This document shows, one piece after another, positions 40,295 through 48,891 of a stretch of DNA of 64,000 bases (position 1 is its first letter; the number at the start of each line of letters is the position of its first letter). Both the position numbers and the translations under genes were made by a program. This DNA comes from Thermoanaerobaculia bacterium (GTDB taxonomy: Bacteria; Acidobacteriota; Thermoanaerobaculia; Multivoradales; Multivoraceae), in the NCBI GenBank assembly GCA_963666565.1, contig OY762911.1, forward strand, positions 4,096,001 to 4,160,000. Reading direction: 5' to 3'. The notes beneath the pieces are model-generated. The model searched no databases. It saw only the letters and a program-made list of their open reading frames with translations, and had not been told where the DNA came from.

Positions 40295-40624
40295 TCAGGC
40301 GAGGACCTGGTTCAGCGCCTCTTCGTGGTAGCCCACGATCAGCGTGCGGCCCACCCGGACCACCGGCGCCCGCAGGTTGCCGGTCGGTCCGAGCATCAGG
40401 TCGGCAGCGCCCGCGTCCGCGGCCGGCACTTCCGTCTGCTTGCGCCCCTTGGCCACATAGAGGGTCTCCGCATCGGCGAGCAACGCCTCCGCGTCGGCCT
40501 TGCCCAGTTTCCGGCTGGCCGGGGTTCTGTCCGCTATCTCCGCGCCGCGTGCGTCCATCAACTTGGACGCTCTCTTGCAGCTCGTTCAGCCGTTGCGGTG
40601 GTAGTACCAATCGACTCTGCTCAT
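40295..40624 (-). CDS. ArsC-family selenoprotein (UxxC), 109 aa with in-frame TGA at codon 13
   Basis: AAGGAGG RBS; ATG 40624; MSRVDWYYHRNG-TGA-TSCKRA continues in frame to LGPTGNLRAP; hairpin downstream of the TGA. Confidence 0.85.
40551..40570 (-). promoter_or_regulatory. Candidate bacterial SECIS element
   Basis: Perfect 7-bp stem GCGTCCA/TGGACGC with G-containing loop AGTTGA, starting 15 nt after the UGA at 40586-40588. Confidence 0.65.
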
Positions 40625-40755
40625 CCTGTTCCTCCTTGAACGTGGGTTCCGGCACTCTAGCGCGACTGAAGACCGGGTGCGCCGGCGTCCCCGCCGGCAT
40701 CCGGCGCGAAGCGCCGGCTTTCGGACCTTCTGCCGCGCCAGGGGCGTTGGAACCG

Positions 40756-42231
40756 TCAGGCCGGCGGCGGGTCGACCTCCCAGTCCTCGTTCACCCGCCG
40801 GCCGTAGTACGGGTAGTAGTCCCAGGGCGCGGGAAGGCCCAGGGCCCGCGGATCGCCGGTCTCCGCGAGATGGTCCATCAGGCGACTCCGCAACTGCTCC
40901 AGAATCGGGCGCGACGACGCGTCGCTCGCCAGGTTGTTCAACTGCCCCGGATCGCTCGCGAGGTCATAGAGCTCGTGCTCGGGCCGCGTCCCGAAGGACA
41001 GTTCGGCCGGATGGTCGATTCCGGGCTCGCCCCGCGACTCCATCATCAGCGTCTTCGTCGGCGAGGAGTCGATCTCGCCATAGGGAATGCCCCGGGCGCA
41101 GTCCTTCGCGTTGGGAGAGCCCGACGGCCAACGGGTGGGCTCGAAGTTCCGGATGTAGAGGTGGCTCTCGGTCCGGATCGCCCGGCAGGGGTAGCCCTTG
41201 CCGCCGCGGCGGCAGCCGTCGTGCCGCTCCATCGCGACGAATGCGGCGTCGCGGTCCTGCTCCACACGGCCGCCGGCCGAAGACGTGAGCGTTGGGAACA
41301 GGCTGCTCGCCGTCATCTCCGCCGCCGGCTCGAGACCCGCCGCTTCGAGGAACGTCGGCGCCAGATCGCTGAGGCTGACGAAGTCGTCCACGACCCGGCC
41401 GCCGGGAACGCGGCCTCCCCAGCGAACGGCGAGCGGCACGCGGCTGCCGTAGTCGTACAGGCTCGCCTTGGCCCGCGGGAACGGCATGCCGTGATCGCTG
41501 GTGACGACGACCAGCGTGTTCTCGAGTTCCCCGGTTCGCTCGAGCAACTCGAGCGCGGCCGCGACCCTCCCGTCGAAGCGCTCCACCTCGACGTAGTAGT
41601 CGAGAATGTCGTCGCGCACGATCGGATGGTCGGGAAGATGCGGCGGGACCTCGACGTCGGCAGTGTCCTTGCCGGACTCGCGCCCCGAGCCCGCCGTGTA
41701 CGGCCGGTGCGGGTCGTAGCTGCCGAGCCAGAAGCAGAACGGCTGGCCTTCGTCCCGCGAACCGAGGAACTCCTCGAAGCTCTCGCACCTGTCGCCGGCC
41801 GGGTTCCGGGTCCGGCCGCCGGGCGGCAGGCGTCCCGGCCCCCAGCCCTTCAGCATGTGGCCGATGGCGTAGCCGGCCTGCTCCAGCATCTCCGTGTAGG
41901 TCGCGAACTTCGCCGGCAACGTGCTGTGGATGTTGCCGGCCTCTTCGAGCCGCCAGATCGGCTGGCCGGTGACGAGAGCGCTGCGCGACGGGCCACAGGT
42001 CGGCGCGTCGCAGAAGGCCTGCGGAAAGAGAACGCCCTCCCCCGCCACCCGGTCGAAGGCCGGCGTGCGGACGACCGGGTCGCCTCCCGCTCCGGTGTGC
42101 AGCCAGGACTGGTCGTCGGAGATGCAGAGGAGGATGTTCGGAGCGCCCACCTCCCGAGCCTGCCGCGCGGGCAGAGCGGCCGCGCTCAGCATCGCGGCCG
42201 AGGAGGTCAGGAAGGCGCGCCGTGTTTGCAC
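40756..42231 (-). CDS. Tat-exported sulfatase
   Basis: TRRAFL Tat motif; NILLCISDD, CGPSR, DPHRPY and SDHG; GTG 42231 chosen because of an upstream TAGAGT box (ATG 42252 is an alternative). Confidence 0.9.
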   Translation of the reverse strand: MQTRRAFLTSSAAMLSAAALPARQAREVGAPNILLCISDDQSWLHTGAGGDPVVRTPAFDRVAGEGVLFPQAFCDAPTCGPSRSALVTGQPIWRLEEAGNIHSTLPAKFATYTEMLEQAGYAIGHMLKGWGPGRLPPGGRTRNPAGDRCESFEEFLGSRDEGQPFCFWLGSYDPHRPYTAGSGRESGKDTADVEVPPHLPDHPIVRDDILDYYVEVERFDGRVAAALELLERTGELENTLVVVTSDHGMPFPRAKASLYDYGSRVPLAVRWGGRVPGGRVVDDFVSLSDLAPTFLEAAGLEPAAEMTASSLFPTLTSSAGGRVEQDRDAAFVAMERHDGCRRGGKGYPCRAIRTESHLYIRNFEPTRWPSGSPNAKDCARGIPYGEIDSSPTKTLMMESRGEPGIDHPAELSFGTRPEHELYDLASDPGQLNNLASDASSRPILEQLRSRLMDHLAETGDPRALGLPAPWDYYPYYGRRVNEDWEVDPPPA

Positions 42232-42432
42232 GGCTTCGACTCTAGCCCGCATGTTTCACCGACGTCCCGCTGCGGCCGCGGATCCGTTCGCCGTAGCGGG
42301 ACCTTCTCCCTCGCGTCGTCTCGACGTAGTGTCGGCTACGCCTGTGCCGCCGCTTCCGGCGGGTGCGCGGACCTTCCGACCCGTCCCCGGGGCGGCGCCG
42401 CCGGTTGCAGGGGAGAGCCCTATAGTAGGGCG

Positions 42433-43860
42433 GTGACTCGACGACCGCCGGCACGCGCGACCGGGTTCCTGTTCGTCGCGGCGCTCATCCTCCTGCCGGC
42501 GCTCGCCGCTTCGCCGCTGCCGGCGCAGGACCGGCCTCCGAACATCCTCTTCATCGCCGTCGACGACCTGAACGACTGGGTCGGGCACCTCGGCGGGCAC
42601 CCGCAGGCCAGGACGCCCAACATCGATCAGCTGGCCCGCCGCGGCGTCTCCTTCGCCAGGGCCTACGCGCCGGCGCCGCTGTGCAATCCGTCGCGGGTCA
42701 GTCTGCTGTCGGGCGTCCTGCCGTCGAAGTCCGGCGTCTACGGCAACGGCGAGACGTTCCGCGAGAAGCTGCCCGAGGCGGTGACCCTGATGCAGCATCT
42801 GAGGGCCAACGGCTACTCGGCGCGGGGCGGCGGCAAGATCTTCCACGGCCGAACCGCCGGCGACCCGGCTTCCTGGGACGACTACTACGCGCCCGAGCGG
42901 CCACGCGGTCCCCGCCACGTCGGCGAACGGCAGAAAGGCGTCCCGGAGTCGGCGTGGGCGCCCTGGGGTCCGCTCGACCTGGACGACTCCGAGATGTTCG
43001 ACGTGCAGGTCGTCGACTGGGCAATCGGCGAGCTGCGGAAGCCGCACGGCAAGCCCTTCTTCCTGGCGTGCGGCTTCACCAAGCCCCATCTGCCCTGGTA
43101 CGTGCCGAGGAAGTACTTCGACATGCACCCGCTGGGCGCTATCGAGTTGCCGGCAACCCTGGACGACGACCGGGACGACCTCCCCGCGTTCGGGAAGAAA
43201 CTCGCGGCGGAGGTGTACGCGGTCTCCGACTCCCGCAACTTCAGCAGGCACGGCGAGGACCACGCGATGGTGCTGAAGCACAACCAGTGGCGCCGGGCGG
43301 TGCAGAGCTACCTGGCGACGATCAGCTTCGTCGACGCCCACGTCGGCCGCCTGCTGGACGCCCTGGACGAGAGCGAGCACGCCGGCAACACGATCGTCGT
43401 GCTCTGGGGCGACCACGGCTGGCACCTCGGCCAGAAACAACACTGGCGCAAGCACGCGCTCTGGGAGGTGGCGACCCGCACGACCCTGATCGTCTCCCTG
43501 CCGGGAGAAACCCGGCGCGGCGCGACCAGTCCGCGCCCGGTCAGCCTGATCGACCTGTACCCCACCCTGGTGGAACTCGCCGGCGTGTCCGCTCGAAGCG
43601 GGCTGGACGGCCAGAGCCTCGTGCCCCTGCTGGAGAACCCGGAACTGGCGTGGCCGCGGCCGGCGCTGACCACCTACGGCCGCGGGAACCACTCCGTCCG
43701 CACGGAGCGCTGGCGCTACATCGAGTACGAGGACGGCGGCCGGGAGCTCTACGACCACGACGCGGACCCGCACGAGTGGACCAACCTGGCTTCGCGGCCC
43801 GAGTACGCCTCCGTGGTCGAGGAACTCGCCGGATTCGTCCCCAGGACGAACGCCAGATAG
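42433..43860 (+). CDS. Secreted sulfatase (iduronate-2-sulfatase/choline-sulfatase-like)
   Basis: Signal peptide; PNILFIAVDDL, CNPSR, GKIFH, KPHLP and GDHGWHLG. Confidence 0.9.
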   Translation: MTRRPPARATGFLFVAALILLPALAASPLPAQDRPPNILFIAVDDLNDWVGHLGGHPQARTPNIDQLARRGVSFARAYAPAPLCNPSRVSLLSGVLPSKSGVYGNGETFREKLPEAVTLMQHLRANGYSARGGGKIFHGRTAGDPASWDDYYAPERPRGPRHVGERQKGVPESAWAPWGPLDLDDSEMFDVQVVDWAIGELRKPHGKPFFLACGFTKPHLPWYVPRKYFDMHPLGAIELPATLDDDRDDLPAFGKKLAAEVYAVSDSRNFSRHGEDHAMVLKHNQWRRAVQSYLATISFVDAHVGRLLDALDESEHAGNTIVVLWGDHGWHLGQKQHWRKHALWEVATRTTLIVSLPGETRRGATSPRPVSLIDLYPTLVELAGVSARSGLDGQSLVPLLENPELAWPRPALTTYGRGNHSVRTERWRYIEYEDGGRELYDHDADPHEWTNLASRPEYASVVEELAGFVPRTNAR

Positions 43861-43912
43861 GGAGCGCCGCGGAACCCGACGCCCGGACACCGTGTGGCAT
43901 CATGCTCCCTTC

Positions 43913-44818
43913 ATGCCAGCAGACCGTCCTGAAGGCGTTCTCCACGAGACCGCCAAACCGGCGCAGCGCTACCTGGTTCCCGAAGGGACGAAGCGCTTCG
44001 ACCCGCGCAACTGGGCGACGGCGCCGCCGCCGGACGCACCGCGCCACAACGAACTCCGCAAGCTGCGCCGCCGGGCCGTGCGCGACATCAGCCGTCTGCA
44101 GCGGCTGCTCTACGCCGAGGACCGGCGGGCGTTGCTGCTCGTCTTCCAGGCCATGGACGCCGCCGGCAAGGACAGCACGATCAACGCCCTGCTCACCGGC
44201 GTCAACCCGGCCGGCTGCCAGGTGTTCAGCTTCAAGCAGCCGTCGAGCGAGGAGCTCGACCACGACTTCCTCTGGCGCACCGCCCGCAGCCTGCCCGAGC
44301 GCGGCCGCATCGGCGTCTTCAACCGCAGCTACTACGAGGAGGTCCTCGTCGTGCGGGTCCATCCCGAGCTGTTGGAGAAGCAGAAGCTGCCCAACCCGGA
44401 CCCCGGCGGCATCTGGCAGCAGCGGATGGAGTCGATCGTCGAACACGAGCGGCACCTGGCGCGCAACGGCACGGTCATCCTCAAGTTCTTCCTCAACATC
44501 TCCCGCGACGAGCAGAAGACCCGCTTCCTGCGCCGGCTCGACCGTCCGGACAAGCACTGGAAGTTCGCGATCAGCGACGTGCGCGAGCGCGGCTTCTGGG
44601 ACCGTTACATGAGCGCCTACGGCGAGGCGATCCGGTCCACCACGAGAACCCACGCGCCCTGGTACGCGATCCCGGCCGACAGCAAGCCGTACATGCGCTG
44701 GGCGGTCGCCGACATCGTGCGCGACGCGCTGGCCCGCCTGGACCTGAAGCACCCGGAGCCGTCGCTGGCCGATCTGGCCATGTTCGACGAGATGCGCCAG
44801 AGGCTGGAGGACGACTAG
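43913..44818 (+). CDS. ppk2: Polyphosphate kinase 2 family nucleotide phosphotransferase
   Basis: QAMDAAGKD Walker A, FKQPS.EE..HDFLWR, FNRSYYEEVL and APWY.IPAD.K. Confidence 0.9.
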   Translation: MPADRPEGVLHETAKPAQRYLVPEGTKRFDPRNWATAPPPDAPRHNELRKLRRRAVRDISRLQRLLYAEDRRALLLVFQAMDAAGKDSTINALLTGVNPAGCQVFSFKQPSSEELDHDFLWRTARSLPERGRIGVFNRSYYEEVLVVRVHPELLEKQKLPNPDPGGIWQQRMESIVEHERHLARNGTVILKFFLNISRDEQKTRFLRRLDRPDKHWKFAISDVRERGFWDRYMSAYGEAIRSTTRTHAPWYAIPADSKPYMRWAVADIVRDALARLDLKHPEPSLADLAMFDEMRQRLEDD

Positions 44819-45039
44819 GAGGCTGCGCCGCAGAACGCCGCGAAGCGAGTTCTGCGACGCGGCCTCCTGGTGAGGTGGGGGCTGGGGCCAAACACGGAGT
44901 CTGCGACGGGTTTGGCGGCGCCAGGAGACGTGCAAGCGCCTTCCTCGGCTATCATTCGCCGCCTACAGATGATCCCCAGTTCCGGCGCCGCTCGACGCGC
45001 CGAACGACACGGGTCCCCACGGGGACCGGAAAGGCCGCA

Positions 45040-45429
45040 ATGAGACTCCGCAACACCCTGCTTCTGACCCTCGCCGCCGCCCTGCTCGCCTTCGGCTGCA
45101 GCGGCTACGGCGCGCCGGCCCTGCCCGCCGCCGTCGGTTCCTGGAACATGTCCATCGAGACGCCGCTCGGCACCCAGACGCCGACCATCGACGTGACCGG
45201 CGACGCCAGCGGCCTGATGGTGTCGATGGGCTCTCCGGACGGCACGGTGGAGGCCACCGACGTCACCTTCGGCGACGACGGCGCCCTGGGCTTCACGGTC
45301 GACATCGACGCCGGCGGCCAGCAGCTCACGCTGGTGTTCACCGGCATGGTCGAGGGCGACTCGCTGAACGGCACGTTCGCCACCGACTTCGGCGACATGG
45401 AAGCGACCGCCACGCGCGCCGTCGACTAG
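45040..45429 (+). CDS. Hypothetical lipoprotein (beta-rich)
   Basis: Lipobox LAFGC; G.W...IETP.G motif. Confidence 0.7.
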   Translation: MRLRNTLLLTLAAALLAFGCSGYGAPALPAAVGSWNMSIETPLGTQTPTIDVTGDASGLMVSMGSPDGTVEATDVTFGDDGALGFTVDIDAGGQQLTLVFTGMVEGDSLNGTFATDFGDMEATATRAVD

Positions 45430-45443
45430 CGCCAGGCCATCTC

Positions 45444-45478
45444 CGCCCGTCGCCGCGCGTCATGCGGCGGCGGGCGCC
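45444..45478 (+). terminator. GC-rich hairpin after the lipoprotein gene (possible terminator)
   Basis: CGCCCGTCGCCGC...GCGGCGGCGGGCG stem; only a short T run follows. Confidence 0.4.
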
Positions 45479-45508
45479 TTGACAAACAGGACCGATTCGA
45501 TCCACTAT
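45479..45508 (+). promoter_or_regulatory. Sigma70-like promoter for the porin operon
   Basis: Consensus TTGACA (45479-45484), 18-nt spacer, CACTAT (45503-45508). Confidence 0.55.
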
Positions 45509-45639
45509 CCGCGGACTCGCCGCGGGCAGCGCCGCTGCCCCGGCGAAACCGAGGAGCGGGCGAACCGGACGGGTACTTGTCCATGCGGCTCGCCCGCCCT
45601 CGCAACCGGGGCCCGCGGGCCCCAGTGGGAGAGCACGGC

Positions 45640-47031
45640 ATGAACGCACTTGTCCGAAAGGCCGGCACCGGACCGCTGGTCCTGCTCGTGGCGCTGACGG
45701 CCCTGGCCCTGCCGGCGGCCCCGGCCGGCGCTCAGGAATCGGCCGAAGAGCGCATCGCGACGCTGGAGGAGCGCATCGAGTCGCTGCGCCAGGCCATCGA
45801 GGAACTCGCCGCCCAGGCGCCCGACGAGCGAGTGGCCGAACTCGAACGGCGGATCGACGTCCTCGCCGAGGAGATCGAGAAGCTCAGCCTCGGCCCTGCG
45901 GCGGCCGTGGGCGCCGAAGCCGGCGAGGGCCTCTACGGCCTGGGCATCGCCGCCTCCAAGGTCTACGGGGTCGAACAGGGCCTGTCGATCGGCGGCTACG
46001 GCGAGATGGTCTTCGAGAGCTACGCGAGCAAGCGCGAGGGCGGCGAGCCCGTCGGCTTCGGCGACGCGTTCGACTTTCTTCGCGCCATCGTCTACGTCGG
46101 CTACAAGTTCGACGAGCGCTGGGTGTTCAACTCGGAGATCGAGTTCGAGCACGCCTCGACGTCCAAGTCCGGCAGCGCCTCCGTCGAGTTCGCGTACGTC
46201 GACTACCTGTGGAAGCCGCAACTGAACTTCCGCACGGGGATCCTCCTGCTCCCGATGGGCTGGCTCAACGAACTGCACGAACCGACCCTCTTCCCGAGCG
46301 CCGAGCGCCCATACGTCGAGCAGGTCCTCATCCCCAGCACCTGGCGCGAGAACGGCGCCGGCATCTTCGGCGACGTGGGGCCCTTCTCCTACCGGAGCTA
46401 CGTCGTCAACGGCCTGAAGGGCGCGGGCTTCACCTCGAACGGCCTGCGCGGCGGCCGCCAGAAAGGCGCCCAGGCCTTGGCCGAGGACTTCGCCTGGACC
46501 GGACGGCTCGACTACACCGCCGTTCCCGGGCTGATCGTCGGCGTCTCGGCCTACATCGGCAACTCCGGCCAGGGTCTGCGCGACGCCGCCGGCGCCACGA
46601 TCGACGCCCGCACCGAGATCGTCGACGTCCACTTCGACTGGCGCCATCGCGGTTTCGGGCTGCGGGGCCTGTGGACCCAAGCCGACGTCGGCGACGCCGC
46701 GCGGCTGAACGGGGCGCTGGGCATCGCCGGCAGCGCCTCGATCGGCGAACGCCTGGAAGGGCACTACCTGGAGGTGTCCTGGGACGTCCTCGCCCGCCGG
46801 GGCGGACGCGCCTCCCTCTCGCCCTTCGTCCGCATCTTGTCGATCGACACCCAGGCCCGCGTGCCGGCCGGATTCGCGAAGAACCCGATCTACGACCGCG
46901 AGATTCTGACCTGGGGCGCCGCCTGGCAGCCGATCGACCAGCTCGTCTTCAAGATCGGCTACCAAGACTGGACCAACCCCGGCGGCACCGCGTTCGACGA
47001 GTGGAACCTGGCGATGGGCTACCTGTTCTAG
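45640..47031 (+). CDS. Outer-membrane porin-like beta-barrel with N-terminal coiled coil
   Basis: Signal peptide, coiled coil, IGGYGE, SEIEFEH, VEFAYVDY, HEPT.F, IPSTWRE; terminal Phe (GYLF). Confidence 0.8.
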   Translation: MNALVRKAGTGPLVLLVALTALALPAAPAGAQESAEERIATLEERIESLRQAIEELAAQAPDERVAELERRIDVLAEEIEKLSLGPAAAVGAEAGEGLYGLGIAASKVYGVEQGLSIGGYGEMVFESYASKREGGEPVGFGDAFDFLRAIVYVGYKFDERWVFNSEIEFEHASTSKSGSASVEFAYVDYLWKPQLNFRTGILLLPMGWLNELHEPTLFPSAERPYVEQVLIPSTWRENGAGIFGDVGPFSYRSYVVNGLKGAGFTSNGLRGGRQKGAQALAEDFAWTGRLDYTAVPGLIVGVSAYIGNSGQGLRDAAGATIDARTEIVDVHFDWRHRGFGLRGLWTQADVGDAARLNGALGIAGSASIGERLEGHYLEVSWDVLARRGGRASLSPFVRILSIDTQARVPAGFAKNPIYDREILTWGAAWQPIDQLVFKIGYQDWTNPGGTAFDEWNLAMGYLF

Positions 47032-47087
47032 CGTCCTGAGTCGCCGAAGGCAACGAACGAACGCGAGTCGTGGGACGCCAGGTCACC

Positions 47088-47705
47088 GTGAGGACGAAGT
47101 GCGCCGCGGTCGCGACTGGGTGCGCGGGTCTTCCGACCCGCATCCGGCTGCGGCGCATCGACACGGTCGCAGCCGCTGGCGCCCTGGCGCTGTCGCTGTG
47201 GGCGCCGCAGCCGGCCGCCGGAGGCGTCTTCCTGACCCGCGACGAAGCGCTGAAGCTCGCCTTCCCAGGCTGCGAGGTCGAGCGCGAGGCGCTCTACCTG
47301 ACCCGGGACCAGCAGCAGCGCGCCGCCGATCTGGCCGGCGCAAGAGTCGATTCGCGGCTCGTCGTGCGCTACCGGTCCGATTGCGGAGGCGCCGCCTACT
47401 TCGACGTCCACCGCGTCCGCACCCTGACCGAAACCCTGATGGTCGCAGTGGACGCCGAAGGCCGCGTGGCGCGTCTCGAGATCCTGGCCTTCCTGGAGCC
47501 CGAGGACTACATTCCCCGCCGGAGCTGGTACGAGCAGTTCCTGAGTCTGCGGCTCGACTCGGAACTGCGGCTCAAGCGGTCGATCCACGCCGTGACCGGC
47601 GCCACCCTGACCGCGCGCGCCACCACCGACGCGGTCCGGAGGGTCCTGGCGCTCGATAAGGTGCTCAGGAAGGACCCGTTCCGGGACGGCGAGCTTGTGC
47701 CGTGA
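47088..47705 (+). CDS. Extracytoplasmic FMN-binding domain protein (start uncertain)
   Basis: VFLT.DEAL...F, HRVRT, F.EP.DY and the flavinylation motif VTGATLT. Confidence 0.8.
   Translation: MRTKCAAVATGCAGLPTRIRLRRIDTVAAAGALALSLWAPQPAAGGVFLTRDEALKLAFPGCEVEREALYLTRDQQQRAADLAGARVDSRLVVRYRSDCGGAAYFDVHRVRTLTETLMVAVDAEGRVARLEILAFLEPEDYIPRRSWYEQFLSLRLDSELRLKRSIHAVTGATLTARATTDAVRRVLALDKVLRKDPFRDGELVP
47118..47141. repeat. Single family-1 REP within the 5' end of the FMN-binding gene
   Basis: GGGTGCGCGGGTCTTCCGACCCGC. Confidence 0.8.
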
Positions 47706-48145
47706 ACCGCCTGACCGCCTGGACCGTCCACGCGTCGACATTGCTGGTCGGCGGCACGGGTCTCGTCTACGCCTGGATGCGCTACTTCACCGCGCCCGCC
47801 GACGAGTTCGCGGTCGTCGGCCATCCCTGGCAGCCGCACGTTCAGCATCTCCACCTCTGGACGGCGCCCCTGCTCGTGTTCGGCATCGGCCTGATCTGGC
47901 GGGACCACGTCTGGCGGCACTACCGGCGCCGCGTCCGCGACCGCCGCCGCAGCGGGCTCTCACTGCTCGCGGGCTCCGCCCCGATGATCGCCTCCGGCTA
48001 CCTGATCCAGACCGCCGTCGGCGATCTCTGGCGACAGAGCTGGATCGCGCTCCACCTGATCGCGTCGGCGCTGTTCCTCCTGGGCTACGGCGCCCACATG
48101 GTGAAGCCGCTGCGAGCCGCGCTCGCCAGGAGAGAGCCGGCCTGA
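47702..48145 (+). CDS. His-rich membrane protein (possible b-type heme binder, DUF4405-like)
   Basis: Four hydrophobic segments carrying His residues (HLHLW, HVW, LHLI, AHM); GTGA coupling. Confidence 0.6.
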   Translation: MNRLTAWTVHASTLLVGGTGLVYAWMRYFTAPADEFAVVGHPWQPHVQHLHLWTAPLLVFGIGLIWRDHVWRHYRRRVRDRRRSGLSLLAGSAPMIASGYLIQTAVGDLWRQSWIALHLIASALFLLGYGAHMVKPLRAALARREPA

Positions 48146-48203
48146 CGGCCGGCGCGTCTTCCGGCCGCCTTCGGCGCCAGCGGGTCAGAGGACCCGCGCA
48201 CCC
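48134..48203. repeat. Three-hairpin REP module supplying the stop codon of the upstream gene
   Basis: GAGCCGGCCTGACGGCCGGC...GCGGGTCAGAGGACCCGCGCACCC; related modules at 5057 and 12701. Confidence 0.78.
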
Positions 48204-48254
48204 GGCGGACAGTCAGTCCCCGCGCGACGGCACGGCGGAACCGCCGCGAGTGCC

Positions 48255-48809
48255 TTAGCCGGCCGGTTCGCTTTCGGCGCCGGAGTCCTCGATGGAGGTG
48301 GCGTGGTCCGCGGACTCGCCGTGGCCCGCTCCGGGCGGCCCGGGGTGCGGCGTGTTCGTGGTGATCAGGACGACCGAGATCAGCATGCCCGCGATGCCGA
48401 CCCAGAGCAGCGGACTCACCTCCAGTTGGCCGCGGCCGCGGTACAGCGTGTAGAGCGCGGTGACGGTGACCGCGCCGCCGAACACGACCGGCATGACGGC
48501 GTAGGGAATCCGCGCGCCGCCGCTGAACATGCTGAGCGTCAGCGACAGTGCGCCCAGCGCGCCCAGGGTGCCGGCATAGAGACCCCAGATTCCCGAGGGT
48601 CCGGTCGGTTCGAAGCTGTCGCCCATCACCCTCATGCCGATCAGGCCGCCGACGATCGCGATGACGAGATAGGCGATGCCGATGCCGACGTAGGGCTTGA
48701 ACGGCGACATGGACTCGTCCACCAGGCGCGCCCTGCCCAGGACCGGACCGTAGAGGCCCCAGCAGAGCGCCGTGCCGAGAGCGAACACGAAGGGGAGGAA
48801 GTTCTTCAT
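48255..48809 (-). CDS. Small multi-TM membrane protein (DMT/EamA-like)
   Basis: CWGLYGP, GALGAL and MPVVFGGA; about five TM helices. Confidence 0.65.
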   Translation of the reverse strand: MKNFLPFVFALGTALCWGLYGPVLGRARLVDESMSPFKPYVGIGIAYLVIAIVGGLIGMRVMGDSFEPTGPSGIWGLYAGTLGALGALSLTLSMFSGGARIPYAVMPVVFGGAVTVTALYTLYRGRGQLEVSPLLWVGIAGMLISVVLITTNTPHPGPPGAGHGESADHATSIEDSGAESEPAG

Positions 48810-48891
48810 TCGATGATCTCCGGAGTTGCCGACGCGGCGAGCACCTGGGCTTCGCGATCGGGCGGAGTGAGCGAGGTCGGGTCGCGAGAGG

